DNA of 64,000 bases from Desulfobacterales bacterium (GTDB lineage: Bacteria > Desulfobacterota > Desulfobacteria > Desulfobacterales > JALSRD01), in assembly GCA_026984935.1 (NCBI GenBank), contig JALSRD010000027.1, positions 7,161 through 71,160 on the forward strand, written 5' to 3'. Of the stretch, positions 30,319-42,254 are shown piece after piece. Positions within the stretch are counted from its first letter, which is position 1. Every line of letters begins with the position of its first letter. A model generated the notes under the pieces. The model did not search any database. It had not been told where the DNA came from and saw nothing but the letters and a program-made list of their open reading frames with translations. The position numbers and the translations under genes are program-made.

Positions 30319-33300
30319 ATGAACATCGCCGAACTGTCCATCAAGAAAAGCGTCATCACCTGGACCATGACATTGGTTCTCCTGGTTTTAGGCTATTTTT
30401 CTTACAAAGCCCTGCCGCGGCTGGAGGACCCGGAATTCGCCATCAAGACGGCGGTGGTCATCACGCCCTATCCGGGGGCTTCTCCCGGCGAGGTGGAAAA
30501 GGAAGTCACCGAAAAGATCGAAAAGGCCGCCCAGGAGATGGGGCAGCTAAAGCGCGTGGAATCCTATTCCTGGCGGGGGCTGTCCGTTGTCAAGGTGGAA
30601 ATCAAGGACAAGTATGACAAACAGGCCCTTCCCCAGGTCTGGGATGAACTGCGGCGCCGGGTCAGCGATTACACACCGCAACTGCCGCCGGACGCCGGCC
30701 CCGTGACGGTCAACGACGATTTCGGCGATGTTTACGGCGTGTATTTCGCGCTCACCGGAAAGGGGTTTTCCTTTGCCGAGCTGAAAAGTGTCGCCGAGCT
30801 GCTCAAGCGTGAACTGCTGGTGGTGCAGGATGCCAAGAAGGTGACCTTTTTCGGTGTCCAGAACGAGACCATCTACGTGGAGATGTCACGTGCGCGCATG
30901 TCGGCCCTGAAGATTACCCGCCAGGAGATCTTTGACGCCCTCAAGGCCAAGAACCTGCCGGCCGACTCGGGGCACATCCGGATCCCGCCCCAGTATATCG
31001 CCATCAACCCCACCGGTGAATTCAAGTCCGAGAAAGATTTTGGTGACCTGTTCATCGCCAGCAAGGGAGGCAAGCTGATTTATTTGAAGGATGTGGCCAC
31101 CGTACGGCGCGGCTACCAGGATCCGCCCAGGAACATTCTGCGTATCGACGGTCAACCGGCCATCGGCATCGCCATTTCCACGGTGGCGGGCGGCAACGCG
31201 GTCACCATGGGCGAGGCTGTCAAGAAGCGCATTGCCGAGCTCCAGACACAAATTCCCATTGGCATGGATCTGAGAATCATCTCCATGCAGTCCGACAGCG
31301 TCATCAAAGCCATCAACGGCTTTATCGTCAACCTGCTGGAGGCTGTGGCCATCGTTGTGGTGGTGCTGCTGATCTTCATGGGGTTGCGCTCGGGTCTGAT
31401 CATCGGCTTCATCCTGCTGCTCACCATCGCGGCCACTTTCGTGGTCATGGATTACTACAAAATTACTCTGGAGCGCATTTCCCTGGGGGCCCTGATCATC
31501 GCTTTAGGCATGCTGGTGGACAACGCCATCGTGGTGGTCGACGGGATGAAGACCCGCATGGAAAAGGGCGTAGACGGGCTGGAAGCCGCCAAGCAGGTGG
31601 TTGGCCAGAACGCCGTCCCCCTTGCAGGCGCCACCGCCGTGGCCATCCTGGCTTTTGCCTCCATCGGTGGTATGAACAACAGCACCGGTGAATTCTGCCG
31701 CTCGCTGTACTACGTCATCCTGATATCCCTTTCTCTGAGCTGGGTAACGGCCGTAACCTCCACCCCCCTGATTACCCAGAAGTTTATTCTGAGCAGGAAG
31801 AGGGCCGCACAGGCTGCAGACGCGGAGCAGAAAGACCCCTATGGCGGCAAGTTCTACCAGCTCTACCGCGGACTGGTGGTTGCTGCCATCCGTTTTCGAT
31901 GGGTCACCATTGCCGTCGTGGTCGGGCTTTTCGGGGCGGCGCTGTATGGTTTTGGATTCGTTTCCAACCAGTTCTTCCCGGCCTCCACCCGGCCGCAGTT
32001 CATGGTGGAGTGCCAGTTCCGCGACGGCATCCACATCCGCCACACGGAAAAGGGGGTCGCCGCCATGGAAAAGTACCTCAAGAGCCTTCCCGGGGTTACC
32101 GAAACAGCTTCGGCCATCGGATCCGGACACCCCCGCTTTCTGCTCACTTATGACGTGCCCATCGACGCGGACGCCCGCTATTGCAGTATTCTGGTAGGTG
32201 TTAAAGATTACAGCATAATCGAAAAACTGTATTACAAAGTGCAAAACGACCTGGAAACCATGTTTCCAGACGTTACGGTAAATGTTAAAAAATTCAATAT
32301 CGGCCCCGGCAACGGCGGCAAAATCCAGCTGCGCATCAATGGGCCGGATAAGGAGGAGTTGCGCAAACTGGCCGACAAGGCCATGGCCGTTCTGGCCGCC
32401 GATCCCCAGACCAAGGCCCTGCGCACCGAGTGGGGGCAGAAGGTCAAGGTGCTGAGGCCCATCGTGGCCGAAGACAGGGCACGGCGGCTGGGCATCTCGC
32501 GCCCCATGATTGCCGCGGCTGTCAAGTCCAATTTCGAAGGCACGGTTACCGGGCTCTACCGCGAAGGTATCGACCTGATCCCCATCGTTGCGCGGGCCCC
32601 GCGGGATGAGCGCATGACGGTAGAAAATCTTAATGAGATCAATGTGTTCAGCCCCATGGCGGGCAAGGAAATCCCCGTGCTGCAGGTAATTAACGGGCTG
32701 GAAACGGGCTGGGAAAACCCCCGCGTGGCCCGCTGGCACCGCCGCTCCATGATCAAAATACACGCCGACGCCCGCACGGAACTGCCGTCCCAACTGTTGG
32801 CGCGGGTAAAGCCCAAGATCGAAAAAGCCCTCGGAGTGGACTACGCGGCTTACCTGGACAAGAAACCCGAGAAGATCGATGCCGCCACCATTCCCGTCAA
32901 ATACGACGACATCATACCCTTGAAAGGACGTCCGGGCTATTTTATCGCCTGGTCCGGTGAGGCCGAAGATTCAGCCAATGCCAACGAGCAACTGGGGGCC
33001 AGTATCCCCATCTATTTCGGAATGATGATCCTGGTGGTCATCTTCCTGTTCAACGCCTTCAAACAGCCGCTGATCATCTGGCTGACCGTGCCGCTTTCCA
33101 TCATCGGTGTGACGGCCGGTCTGCTGATTTTCCATCAGCCATTCGGATTCATGGCTCTGCTGGGGCTCATGAGTCTGGCCGGCATGTTGATCAAGAACGC
33201 CGTGGTGCTCATCGACCAGATCGACCTGGAGATCCGCGAGGGCAAGCCACCGTTTGCCGCCATTGTCGATTCCGGCGCATCCCGTCTGAAGCCGGTTGCC

Positions 33301-33498
33301 ATGGCGGCGTTGACCACCATGATGGGCATGATTCCGCTGTTTACGGATGCCTTTTTCGTGGCCATGGCGGTGACCATCGTTTTCGGGCTGGGCTTTGCCA
33401 CGCTGCTGACGCTGATTTTCGTGCCCACGCTTTACGCTGTTTTCTTCAAGGTAAAATACCGGCGGAACGAGGCCTGGGGACGGTCGCGCGCAAGCTGA
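30319..33498 (+). CDS. efflux RND transporter permease (AcrB/HAE-type)
   Basis: 1059 aa with 12-TM/large-loop architecture. N-terminal MNIAELSIKKSVITWTMTLVLLVLG, then LGALIIALGMLVDNAIVVVD. Confidence 0.93.
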   Translation: MNIAELSIKKSVITWTMTLVLLVLGYFSYKALPRLEDPEFAIKTAVVITPYPGASPGEVEKEVTEKIEKAAQEMGQLKRVESYSWRGLSVVKVEIKDKYDKQALPQVWDELRRRVSDYTPQLPPDAGPVTVNDDFGDVYGVYFALTGKGFSFAELKSVAELLKRELLVVQDAKKVTFFGVQNETIYVEMSRARMSALKITRQEIFDALKAKNLPADSGHIRIPPQYIAINPTGEFKSEKDFGDLFIASKGGKLIYLKDVATVRRGYQDPPRNILRIDGQPAIGIAISTVAGGNAVTMGEAVKKRIAELQTQIPIGMDLRIISMQSDSVIKAINGFIVNLLEAVAIVVVVLLIFMGLRSGLIIGFILLLTIAATFVVMDYYKITLERISLGALIIALGMLVDNAIVVVDGMKTRMEKGVDGLEAAKQVVGQNAVPLAGATAVAILAFASIGGMNNSTGEFCRSLYYVILISLSLSWVTAVTSTPLITQKFILSRKRAAQAADAEQKDPYGGKFYQLYRGLVVAAIRFRWVTIAVVVGLFGAALYGFGFVSNQFFPASTRPQFMVECQFRDGIHIRHTEKGVAAMEKYLKSLPGVTETASAIGSGHPRFLLTYDVPIDADARYCSILVGVKDYSIIEKLYYKVQNDLETMFPDVTVNVKKFNIGPGNGGKIQLRINGPDKEELRKLADKAMAVLAADPQTKALRTEWGQKVKVLRPIVAEDRARRLGISRPMIAAAVKSNFEGTVTGLYREGIDLIPIVARAPRDERMTVENLNEINVFSPMAGKEIPVLQVINGLETGWENPRVARWHRRSMIKIHADARTELPSQLLARVKPKIEKALGVDYAAYLDKKPEKIDAATIPVKYDDIIPLKGRPGYFIAWSGEAEDSANANEQLGASIPIYFGMMILVVIFLFNAFKQPLIIWLTVPLSIIGVTAGLLIFHQPFGFMALLGLMSLAGMLIKNAVVLIDQIDLEIREGKPPFAAIVDSGASRLKPVAMAALTTMMGMIPLFTDAFFVAMAVTIVFGLGFATLLTLIFVPTLYAVFFKVKYRRNEAWGRSRAS

Positions 33499-33564
33499 AT
33501 TCCGACACGGCATGCCAAGCGTCGGTATTGTACCCAACAGGAATTTCGTATCAGGAGCAACGCG

Positions 33565-35961
33565 ATGAAGATTCGGGTTACGGCTATCTGGATTGCGCTG
33601 GTTTTTCTCGTGGCGGGTGTAGGCGCCGACGCCCACTGCGCACAGCAGCACAAAGTTGTGCATATCGGGGTCCTCAGTGACGGACCGATGGTGCGCTTCC
33701 CACGTCTGCCGGCTTATTTTGAACAGGAGATCAAGAGCATCTCCGAAGGTGAATTCGACGTCCGCTTTCCTGCCAAGCGGTCCCTGACCGCAGACGGGAC
33801 GGCCGCAGGTGTTGACCGCCTGCTGAACCGGTTGTTGGCCGCCGACGATGTGGATCTGGTGCTGGCGCTGGGACCCATTGCTTCCAGCGAGGCCTGCAAA
33901 CGCAGGGAACTGCCCAAACCGGTGGTGGCGCCGTTTGTCATCGATGCGGACCTGCAAAAACTGCCGCGCAAGGCGGGTGCCTCCGGTGTGCCCAACCTGA
34001 CGTACATCGATTCCATGCGCAGTCTTGAACGGGACGTCAAGGCCTTCCGCCAAATTACACCCTTCAAGTCCCTGGCTATCCTGGTCGATGCACGGGACTA
34101 CAATGGCATTCCGGCGATTCGCAGGATGGGCAATGATATCGCCAACGAATTTACCATTGCGGTCCATACCGTTCCGGTGGGGGAATCGGCCACCGATGCC
34201 CTGAACCGTGTTCCTCCCGGCACCCAGGCCGTGATGCTGGCGCCCCTGTGGCAACTGACGCGCAGTGAATTCAAGCGGCTGGTCAGGGGCCTCATTGACC
34301 GCAAGCTGCCCAGCTACGCCTACTGGGGGCGTGAAGAGGTGAAAGACGGTGTCCTGATGACCATGACGGCGGCGGACAGCCTGGAAAAAACCGCCCGCCG
34401 GGTGGCCGTGGCCGTGCAGGACATTCTGCTGGGAGAACCGGCCGCCTCGATCGAAGTCGCTTTTCCCGCCGGGGAAAAGTTGTCCATCAACATGGCAACC
34501 GCCCGGGCCATCGGGGTCTATCCCGGCCTGGCGGTTATGACCGAAGCCGAATTGATCAACGAAACCCCGCAGCGCATTGATCGGCGGCTGACGCTGGAAA
34601 AGGCTGTCAAGAAGGCCCTCTTGGCCAACCTGGACCTTTCGGCGGCCAACCGCAACGTGGCCGCAGGCGAGCAGCGCGTCAAGGAGGCCAGGTCACCGCT
34701 CTTGCCGCAGGTGCATATCGGCACGGAAGGTCGCATCATCGACAGCGACACGGCCAGATCCAGTTCCGGTGTATCGCCCGAACGCGCCTGGAGCGGATCC
34801 GCCAAGGGGTCTCAGCTGATCTATTCTGAAAGGGCCTGGTCCGACTACACGGTGGAAAAACATCTCCAGACTTCACGCATCATGGAGCGCGATACGGTCC
34901 GCCTGGACATCATGCAGCAGGCCGCCAGAGCCTATCTGCAAGTGCTGCGGGCCAGGACCATCGAGCGCATTCAGAAGGAAAATCTGAAGCTCACGCGGGC
35001 CAATCTGGAGCGTGCCCGCATCCGGCAGAGCACCGGTGTGGCCGGTCCGGACGAGGTCTACCGCTGGGAAAACCAGATTGCCAACAACCGCCAGGATGTG
35101 CTGCGCGCAGAGTCGGCGACGCTGGATGCCATGGAGGCCTTGAACCGCATACTCAACCAGCCGCTCATGGAGCCTTTCGTAGCCGAAGAAACCAGCCTCA
35201 GCGATCCATTGCTGGTGGTCAGCGACCGTCTTTTCTTCCAGCTCATGGGCAATACCCGGGACCTGCGCATCTTCAGCCATTTTGCCGTGCAGGAAGGGCT
35301 GTCCGCTTCGCCGGAGCTGAAACGCATCGACGCCGCCATTGAAGCCCAGAAGCGCATTCTAACCGCTTCCCGGCGGGACTTCTGGATGCCGACTTTTTCT
35401 GTGGATGCTTCTGTCGACCAGCTTTTCGCCGACGACGGTGAAGGGCAACGCGATACCAATCCGCAGGGACTGAACGACACCTCCTGGCGTGCCGGCGTGT
35501 TTGTGAGCTTCCCGCTATTTGAAGGCGGGCGCAAATCCGGAACCCTGGGGCGGGTTCGGGAAGAGCTCAAAAAACTCGCCTTTGAACGGCAGGCCACAGC
35601 GGAACGCATTCAGCAGCGCATTCTCGCCGCCCTCAACCTGACGCGGGCTTCCTACCCCAGCATCGGGCTGTCCCGGGACGCCGCCGATGCCGCCCGTCGC
35701 AACCTGAATCTGGTTACCGATGCTTACGTGCAGGGTATCAAGTCCATTATCGATCTGCTGGATGCCCAGAACCAGTCGCTGGTGTCCGATCAGGCCGCTG
35801 CCAACGCGGCCTACGACTTTCTGAGCGACCTGATGGATGTCCAGCGCGCCATGGGAGAATTCGTTATTTTCCTGCCTGAAAAGAAACGCCGTGCATGGTA
35901 CCGGAAATTAGACGCATACTTCAATCAGAGCGGTGTGAATCTGTCGTTGCGGCTACGCTAG
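33565..35961 (+). CDS. TolC-family outer membrane factor with an N-terminal ~330-aa periplasmic-binding-protein-like (ABC_sub_bind/PF04392-like) domain
   Basis: Signal peptide MKIRVTAIWIALVFLVAGVGADA. The N-terminal domain runs from VVHIGVLSDG to LSINMATARAIGVYPGLAVMTEAELI. The C-terminal half has two OEP repeats (LTLEKAVKKALLANLDLSAANRNVAAGEQRVKEA...; ...TDAYVQGIKSIIDLLDAQNQ). Confidence 0.8.
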   Translation: MKIRVTAIWIALVFLVAGVGADAHCAQQHKVVHIGVLSDGPMVRFPRLPAYFEQEIKSISEGEFDVRFPAKRSLTADGTAAGVDRLLNRLLAADDVDLVLALGPIASSEACKRRELPKPVVAPFVIDADLQKLPRKAGASGVPNLTYIDSMRSLERDVKAFRQITPFKSLAILVDARDYNGIPAIRRMGNDIANEFTIAVHTVPVGESATDALNRVPPGTQAVMLAPLWQLTRSEFKRLVRGLIDRKLPSYAYWGREEVKDGVLMTMTAADSLEKTARRVAVAVQDILLGEPAASIEVAFPAGEKLSINMATARAIGVYPGLAVMTEAELINETPQRIDRRLTLEKAVKKALLANLDLSAANRNVAAGEQRVKEARSPLLPQVHIGTEGRIIDSDTARSSSGVSPERAWSGSAKGSQLIYSERAWSDYTVEKHLQTSRIMERDTVRLDIMQQAARAYLQVLRARTIERIQKENLKLTRANLERARIRQSTGVAGPDEVYRWENQIANNRQDVLRAESATLDAMEALNRILNQPLMEPFVAEETSLSDPLLVVSDRLFFQLMGNTRDLRIFSHFAVQEGLSASPELKRIDAAIEAQKRILTASRRDFWMPTFSVDASVDQLFADDGEGQRDTNPQGLNDTSWRAGVFVSFPLFEGGRKSGTLGRVREELKKLAFERQATAERIQQRILAALNLTRASYPSIGLSRDAADAARRNLNLVTDAYVQGIKSIIDLLDAQNQSLVSDQAAANAAYDFLSDLMDVQRAMGEFVIFLPEKKRRAWYRKLDAYFNQSGVNLSLRLR

Positions 35962-36101
35962 CGCTTTGGACGTGGCTGGCGGGGCCCCGCGCTGTGCGTC
36001 GCCCGCAGGGCGAATCCCACCCGCAGCCTGTTTGCAAATCGCATCTGCCTGCGAGACTGGCGGCATCCCGGCCGAGATGACCGGGGTGCCGTCAGATATT
36101 G

Positions 36102-37514
36102 CTAGATATCGTAGTAGAGGAAGAATTCGTGGGGATGCGGCCGCAGCTTGACAGGATTGACCTCGTTTTCGATCTTGTACTCCAGCCACATGTCGATGGC
36201 ATCCCGGGTAAAGACATCCCCTTTCAGCAGAAACTCCTGGTCCGCCTCCAGGGCCGCCAGGGCTTCGTCCAGTGATCCGGGCGCCGAATCCACCTCTGCC
36301 AGTTCCTCCGGAGGCAGGTCGTAGATATTTTTGTCCAGCGGATCACCCGGGTCGATCTTGTTCTGGATGCCGTCGATTATGGCCATCAGCATGGCGGAAA
36401 AGGCCAGATAGCCGTTGCAGGAGGGATCCGGGGTGCGGAACTCCAGCCGTTTGGCCTTGGGGGACGGGGAGTACATGGGGATGCGCACGGCGGCACTGCG
36501 GTTGCGGCTGGAGTAAGCCAGATTGACCGGCGCTTCAAAACCGGGTACCAGACGTTTGTAGGAGTTGGTGGTCGGGTTGGTGAACGCGCACAGCGCCTTG
36601 CAGTGTTTCAGGATCCCGCCGATGCCGTAAAGTGCTTCCTGGGAAACACCAGCGTATTTTTCACCGGCGAACACGGGCTGGCCCTCTTTCCAGATGCTGA
36701 TGTGCGTATGCATGCCGGTGCCGTTGTCGTCGAAGAGCGGTTTGGGCATGAAGGTGACCGTGTGGCCGTGACGCTGGGCCACGTTTTTCAGCACGTACTT
36801 GAACCACATCAGCTGGTCGGCCATCACCACCAGGGGCTTGAAGCGCATGTCGATTTCGGCCTGGCCGGCCGTGGCGACTTCATGGTGCTGGCATTCAACA
36901 TCGATGCCCAGTTTTTCCAGCACCAGCAGCATTTCGGTTCTCAGGTCCTGGAATTTATCCATGGGCGGCACCGGGAAGTAGCCCTCCTTGTGGCGGGGCT
37001 TGTAGCCCAGGTTGGGGCCTTCATCGCGGCCGGAGTTCCAGATGCCTTCAACGGAATCGATGGCGTAGAAGGAGCGCTGACGGCCGGATTCGAAGCGGAT
37101 GTCGTCAAAAATGAAAAATTCAGCTTCCGGCCCGAAGTAAGCCGTATCGCCGATACCGGTGCTCTTCAGGTAGGCTTCCGCTTTCTGGGCGATATGGCGC
37201 GGGTCACGGGAGTAGGATTCGCGGGTCAGGGGATCGACGATGTTGCCGATCAGTACCAGGGTGGGGTCGGCATAAAAAGGATCCATCTTGGCCGTATCCG
37301 CGTCCGGGATCAGCAGCATGTCGCTGGCGTGAATGGGCTGCCAGCCGCGGATGCTGGATCCGTCGAAACCGATGCCGTCTTCAAACGTGGACTCGGTCAG
37401 TTCTCTCAAGGGGACGGTCATATGCTGCCAGAGTCCGGGAAAGTCCATGAAACGCACATCGACCACTTTAGCGCCTTCTTCCTTTGCCATGTTGAGCACT
37501 TCTTTGGGTGTCAT
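36102..37514 (-). CDS. glnA: glutamine synthetase type I
   Basis: 470 aa. [45 protein letters not shown], and the adenylylation-loop region NIYDLPPEE. Confidence 0.96.
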   Translation of the reverse strand: MTPKEVLNMAKEEGAKVVDVRFMDFPGLWQHMTVPLRELTESTFEDGIGFDGSSIRGWQPIHASDMLLIPDADTAKMDPFYADPTLVLIGNIVDPLTRESYSRDPRHIAQKAEAYLKSTGIGDTAYFGPEAEFFIFDDIRFESGRQRSFYAIDSVEGIWNSGRDEGPNLGYKPRHKEGYFPVPPMDKFQDLRTEMLLVLEKLGIDVECQHHEVATAGQAEIDMRFKPLVVMADQLMWFKYVLKNVAQRHGHTVTFMPKPLFDDNGTGMHTHISIWKEGQPVFAGEKYAGVSQEALYGIGGILKHCKALCAFTNPTTNSYKRLVPGFEAPVNLAYSSRNRSAAVRIPMYSPSPKAKRLEFRTPDPSCNGYLAFSAMLMAIIDGIQNKIDPGDPLDKNIYDLPPEELAEVDSAPGSLDEALAALEADQEFLLKGDVFTRDAIDMWLEYKIENEVNPVKLRPHPHEFFLYYDI

Positions 37515-37604
37515 ATAAATCTCCTCCAGACAGTTAATAGGGTGAAAAATACAAGACGATGAGCTTCTGCAGAAACGGTCCGCCGAGCAGGCTGGTGCCG
37601 GGGT

Positions 37605-39253
<1,649 letters not shown>

Positions 39254-39289
39254 GGTGTATAAATTCCTTTCTGCATGGTAGATGTTGGA

Positions 39290-41959
39290 TCAGATACCGG
39301 ACGATTTTGCCTTTTGCGCCGCCGCCTGGGGTTCGAAACCCGGCAGAACCGACAGAACAGCTGCCTTGAGCGCCGCGACTTCCCGGGCATCTTCAACTTT
39401 CTGGCCGTCAAAATCACGAACGTAAAATACGTCCACCACCTGGTCGACCTTGGTGGCGATTTTGGCCACCCAGATGTCCAGGCCGCTTCTGAAAAGCGCG
39501 TCGGTCACGCGAAACAGAAGTCCCGGAAAATCATAGGTAAAGACCTCGACGATGGTAAAAAAACTCGACGACGTGTTGTCTACCTCCACGCGGTGCGGTT
39601 CGGGATCTATGTGGATGCGCCCCTGATGGGATGCCGCCGCCCGGGTTTCTATATGTGCGGCAATGTCCACTTCTCCGGACAGCGCCCGGGCCAGGTGCTT
39701 TTCGGCCCGCCCCCAGCGCTCCTGCTCAAAAATCCGGTCCGGCGGCGGCCGGACCTCAAAAACATCTAACGCGATATTGTTGCGCCAGGTGAAGATCTGT
39801 GCGTCTAAAATATCAACGCCGCTGACGGTCAGTACACCGGCGATCTTGGAAAACAGGCCGGGCCGGTCCTGGGCGCAGATGGTCACCCGGCGGGTGCCGG
39901 CGTCGTCACCTTTCCGGATGTCCCATACGAAGTCCCGCTGGCCCAGGCGATGGTAAAGCTCCAGGTGATCGTGGATTCGGTCCGCCGGGGCATACAGCAG
40001 GTAGCGCGGCGACATCATCGCCAGCTCTTGTTGCGCACGTGTCCGGGCTTCAGGGCTTGTGCAGGCGGCCAGGACCTGCTCTTTTTTGCGGTTGACGGCG
40101 TGCATGGCCCGGCGGGAAGCCAGCTCCCCGCTTTCCAGAACCCGCAAGGTCTTGAAAAACAGATCCTGCAGCAGAACCGCTGTCCAGCTGTTCCAGGCTT
40201 TGGGGCCGGTGGCCCTGGAGTCGGCCACGGTCAGCAGGTAGAGCATTTTCAGCATATCCGCGTTGCCGACTCTATGGGCACACGCCACGGCGGTTTCCTC
40301 GTCGTTCAGATTACGGCGGGTGGCGGTTTTAATCAGCAGGAGGTGATTTTTGACCAGCGAGCTGATCAGCTTGATATCTTTACCGCGCAAGTTCATGCGG
40401 CCGAGCAGGTTGCGCACCATTGCGGCGCCCTTTTCGGCGTGCCTGCCGCTGCCGGCGCCCTTACCGATATCGTGCAGCAGCGCCGCCCAGTACAGGCGCC
40501 GGCGGCTGGCAATTTCATGGAAGACCTCGAAGAAGAGGAGATCATTTTGGGGGGCGTCGTGGATCCCGAAAGTTTTTACTTCCTGCAGGGTCTTTAACGC
40601 GTGTCTCCCTACGGGGTAAATATGGTATTCGTTGTATTGAATGCGGTTGACGATGCCGGCGAACTCCGGAATAATACGCGATAAAAGTCCGGTCTGCAGC
40701 ATGATGTCCAGGCCGTTGAATTCCGGGTCCGGACGGCTCAGGATGCGCTCGAAGGTTTTGAGCGCGTCTGGAATCGTCCAGAACTCGCTGTCGGCCAGAT
40801 GTGCAAACTCCCGGACGAGTCTGCGCGCATCGGCACTCAGCGGTACCTTGAGCCGCCCGCTTTCGGCGAAAATTTCCAGCAGTAGCAGCGGCCGGCGCAG
40901 AATCTGTTCGGACGAGGTGAAGTCGATCGTACCGCCGTCGATGAGCAGGCCGGTAACACTTGTTTTCTTTGTCGGCTTGCGGCCGGGTTTGCCCGCTTTG
41001 TTGATTTTCAGGTCGTGCAGAAACAGCAGGTGCTGCTGTTTGACGGTTTCCATGTGGCGGTGCAGTTCGCCCAGGAAGCGTTCCACGGGTTTGCGCCGAC
41101 CGTCGGCCGCGTACCCCAGTGCTTGCGCCAGCTTGAGCTGGTGGTTGAGGTAGAGCTGGTCGCATTTACGTCCGGTCAACCGGTGCAGTTGGTTGCGGAC
41201 GTTCCAGATGAAGTGCAGTGCATCGTGAAATTCCTGGAATTCGGAATGCGAAAAATAGCCTTCATACTCAAAATCACGCAGTTGTTGGAAGCCGAACTTG
41301 ATTTTGGCCGCCCAGAAGATGGTGTGATAATCCCGCAGGCCGCCCTGGCCCTCCTTGAGGTTGGGCTCCAAAAGGTAGGCGCTGTCGCCGAAGCGCTGAT
41401 GGCGGATCAGGTTGCGCTGAATCAGCCAGTCGACGATTTTTCCAGCCTGCGGCTTAAAGATGCGGTTGCGCAGCTGTTCCAGCAGCCTGGTATACAGCAG
41501 TGATACACCGCAGATGAAGCGGGCATCCAGGTAAGAGGTGAGCACTTCAAAATCCTGGCGTCCGGCGGCGATACTCTCTTTCAGAGAACGGGTGGCATAC
41601 CCGACCTCGAATCCGAGGTCCCAGAGAGGATAGACGATCTCCCGAATGAGATCTTCGGCAATGTCCGGAACTTTTTTTTCGAACAGAAAGAGCAGGTCGA
41701 TGTCGGAGTGGAGGCTCTGCTCCTGCCGCCCGTATCCACCCAGCGCGATGATGGCATACGGGTTTCTGATAATGTCCAGCCGGGGCCCGGTGGAGCTGCT
41801 TTCGAATCCCTCGCGGAAGTATTCGTCGATGATCTGGCTGTGGCCCCTGTTGAACGAACCGGTCCCATCTCCGAGAGAATTCTCAATCAGGTGTCGGCGC
41901 CGGTCCTGAAGCCGATCGGCTTCACGCGGCAAGTTGCGGCGAGTCCTGTGTTGCGGCAC
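39290..41959 (-). CDS. glnD: [protein-PII] uridylyltransferase / uridylyl-removing enzyme
   Basis: 889 aa with a GTG start preceded by a GAGGAG SD. It has a nucleotidyltransferase motif (ALGGYGRQEQSLHSDIDLLFL), an HD domain (ALLHDIGKG) and two C-terminal ACT-like regions. Confidence 0.93.
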   Translation of the reverse strand: MPQHRTRRNLPREADRLQDRRRHLIENSLGDGTGSFNRGHSQIIDEYFREGFESSSTGPRLDIIRNPYAIIALGGYGRQEQSLHSDIDLLFLFEKKVPDIAEDLIREIVYPLWDLGFEVGYATRSLKESIAAGRQDFEVLTSYLDARFICGVSLLYTRLLEQLRNRIFKPQAGKIVDWLIQRNLIRHQRFGDSAYLLEPNLKEGQGGLRDYHTIFWAAKIKFGFQQLRDFEYEGYFSHSEFQEFHDALHFIWNVRNQLHRLTGRKCDQLYLNHQLKLAQALGYAADGRRKPVERFLGELHRHMETVKQQHLLFLHDLKINKAGKPGRKPTKKTSVTGLLIDGGTIDFTSSEQILRRPLLLLEIFAESGRLKVPLSADARRLVREFAHLADSEFWTIPDALKTFERILSRPDPEFNGLDIMLQTGLLSRIIPEFAGIVNRIQYNEYHIYPVGRHALKTLQEVKTFGIHDAPQNDLLFFEVFHEIASRRRLYWAALLHDIGKGAGSGRHAEKGAAMVRNLLGRMNLRGKDIKLISSLVKNHLLLIKTATRRNLNDEETAVACAHRVGNADMLKMLYLLTVADSRATGPKAWNSWTAVLLQDLFFKTLRVLESGELASRRAMHAVNRKKEQVLAACTSPEARTRAQQELAMMSPRYLLYAPADRIHDHLELYHRLGQRDFVWDIRKGDDAGTRRVTICAQDRPGLFSKIAGVLTVSGVDILDAQIFTWRNNIALDVFEVRPPPDRIFEQERWGRAEKHLARALSGEVDIAAHIETRAAASHQGRIHIDPEPHRVEVDNTSSSFFTIVEVFTYDFPGLLFRVTDALFRSGLDIWVAKIATKVDQVVDVFYVRDFDGQKVEDAREVAALKAAVLSVLPGFEPQAAAQKAKSSGI

Positions 41960-42019
41960 GAAAAGCTCCTCTGGTGATGGTTAACGTGTCCGTTGAACGC
42001 AATGAAAACAAAGGGCAGC

Positions 42020-42035
42020 AGCAAGTAGCATGCCA
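42020..42035 (-). promoter_or_regulatory. sigma-54 (-24/-12) promoter upstream of glnD
   Basis: The minus strand reads TGGCAT-gctac-TTGCT with correct GG-N10-GC spacing. The -12 element is about 60 nt upstream of the glnD GTG at 41959. Confidence 0.6.
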
Positions 42036-42105
42036 GGCCGGCTAGGCTGTGTAACGCATTAAAAATACAGAAACGAACTTTGTCAAGAATTTCAATATTT
42101 GATCG

Positions 42106-42161
42106 GTAAGATACAGAATTGTTATTTTCAGGGACTGAAAATAACATCCCTGTAAGATACA
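42106..42161. promoter_or_regulatory. direct repeat - inverted repeat - direct repeat array (candidate enhancer/UAS)
   Basis: gtaagataca occurs at 42106-42115 and 42152-42161. The two copies flank a perfect 12-bp-arm palindrome tgttattttcag-gga-ctgaaaataaca (42120-42146). The array lies 70-140 nt upstream of the sigma-54 promoter in an AT-rich stretch. Confidence 0.4.
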
Positions 42162-42254
42162 AGCGGCGTAATGCATTCTTACTGCTGTTGGTTAGCGGCA
42201 GCGGGTGTATGTTCTTAAAAACCTCCGGCAGCAATTACCAAGGAGCGCCAAGCC

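Noticed and set aside
37585-37600. Sigma-54-like GGCAC...TGCT upstream of glnA on the minus strand
   Set aside because: The spacing between the GG and GC dinucleotides is 9 nt rather than 10, and the element overlaps the glnK stop. I did not call it; it may still be a weak internal promoter.
41887-42234. A 115-aa minus-strand ORF covering the AT-rich glnD upstream region
   Set aside because: It overlaps the glnD start and the sigma-54 promoter. It has no SD and an odd composition. The region is better explained as regulatory DNA.
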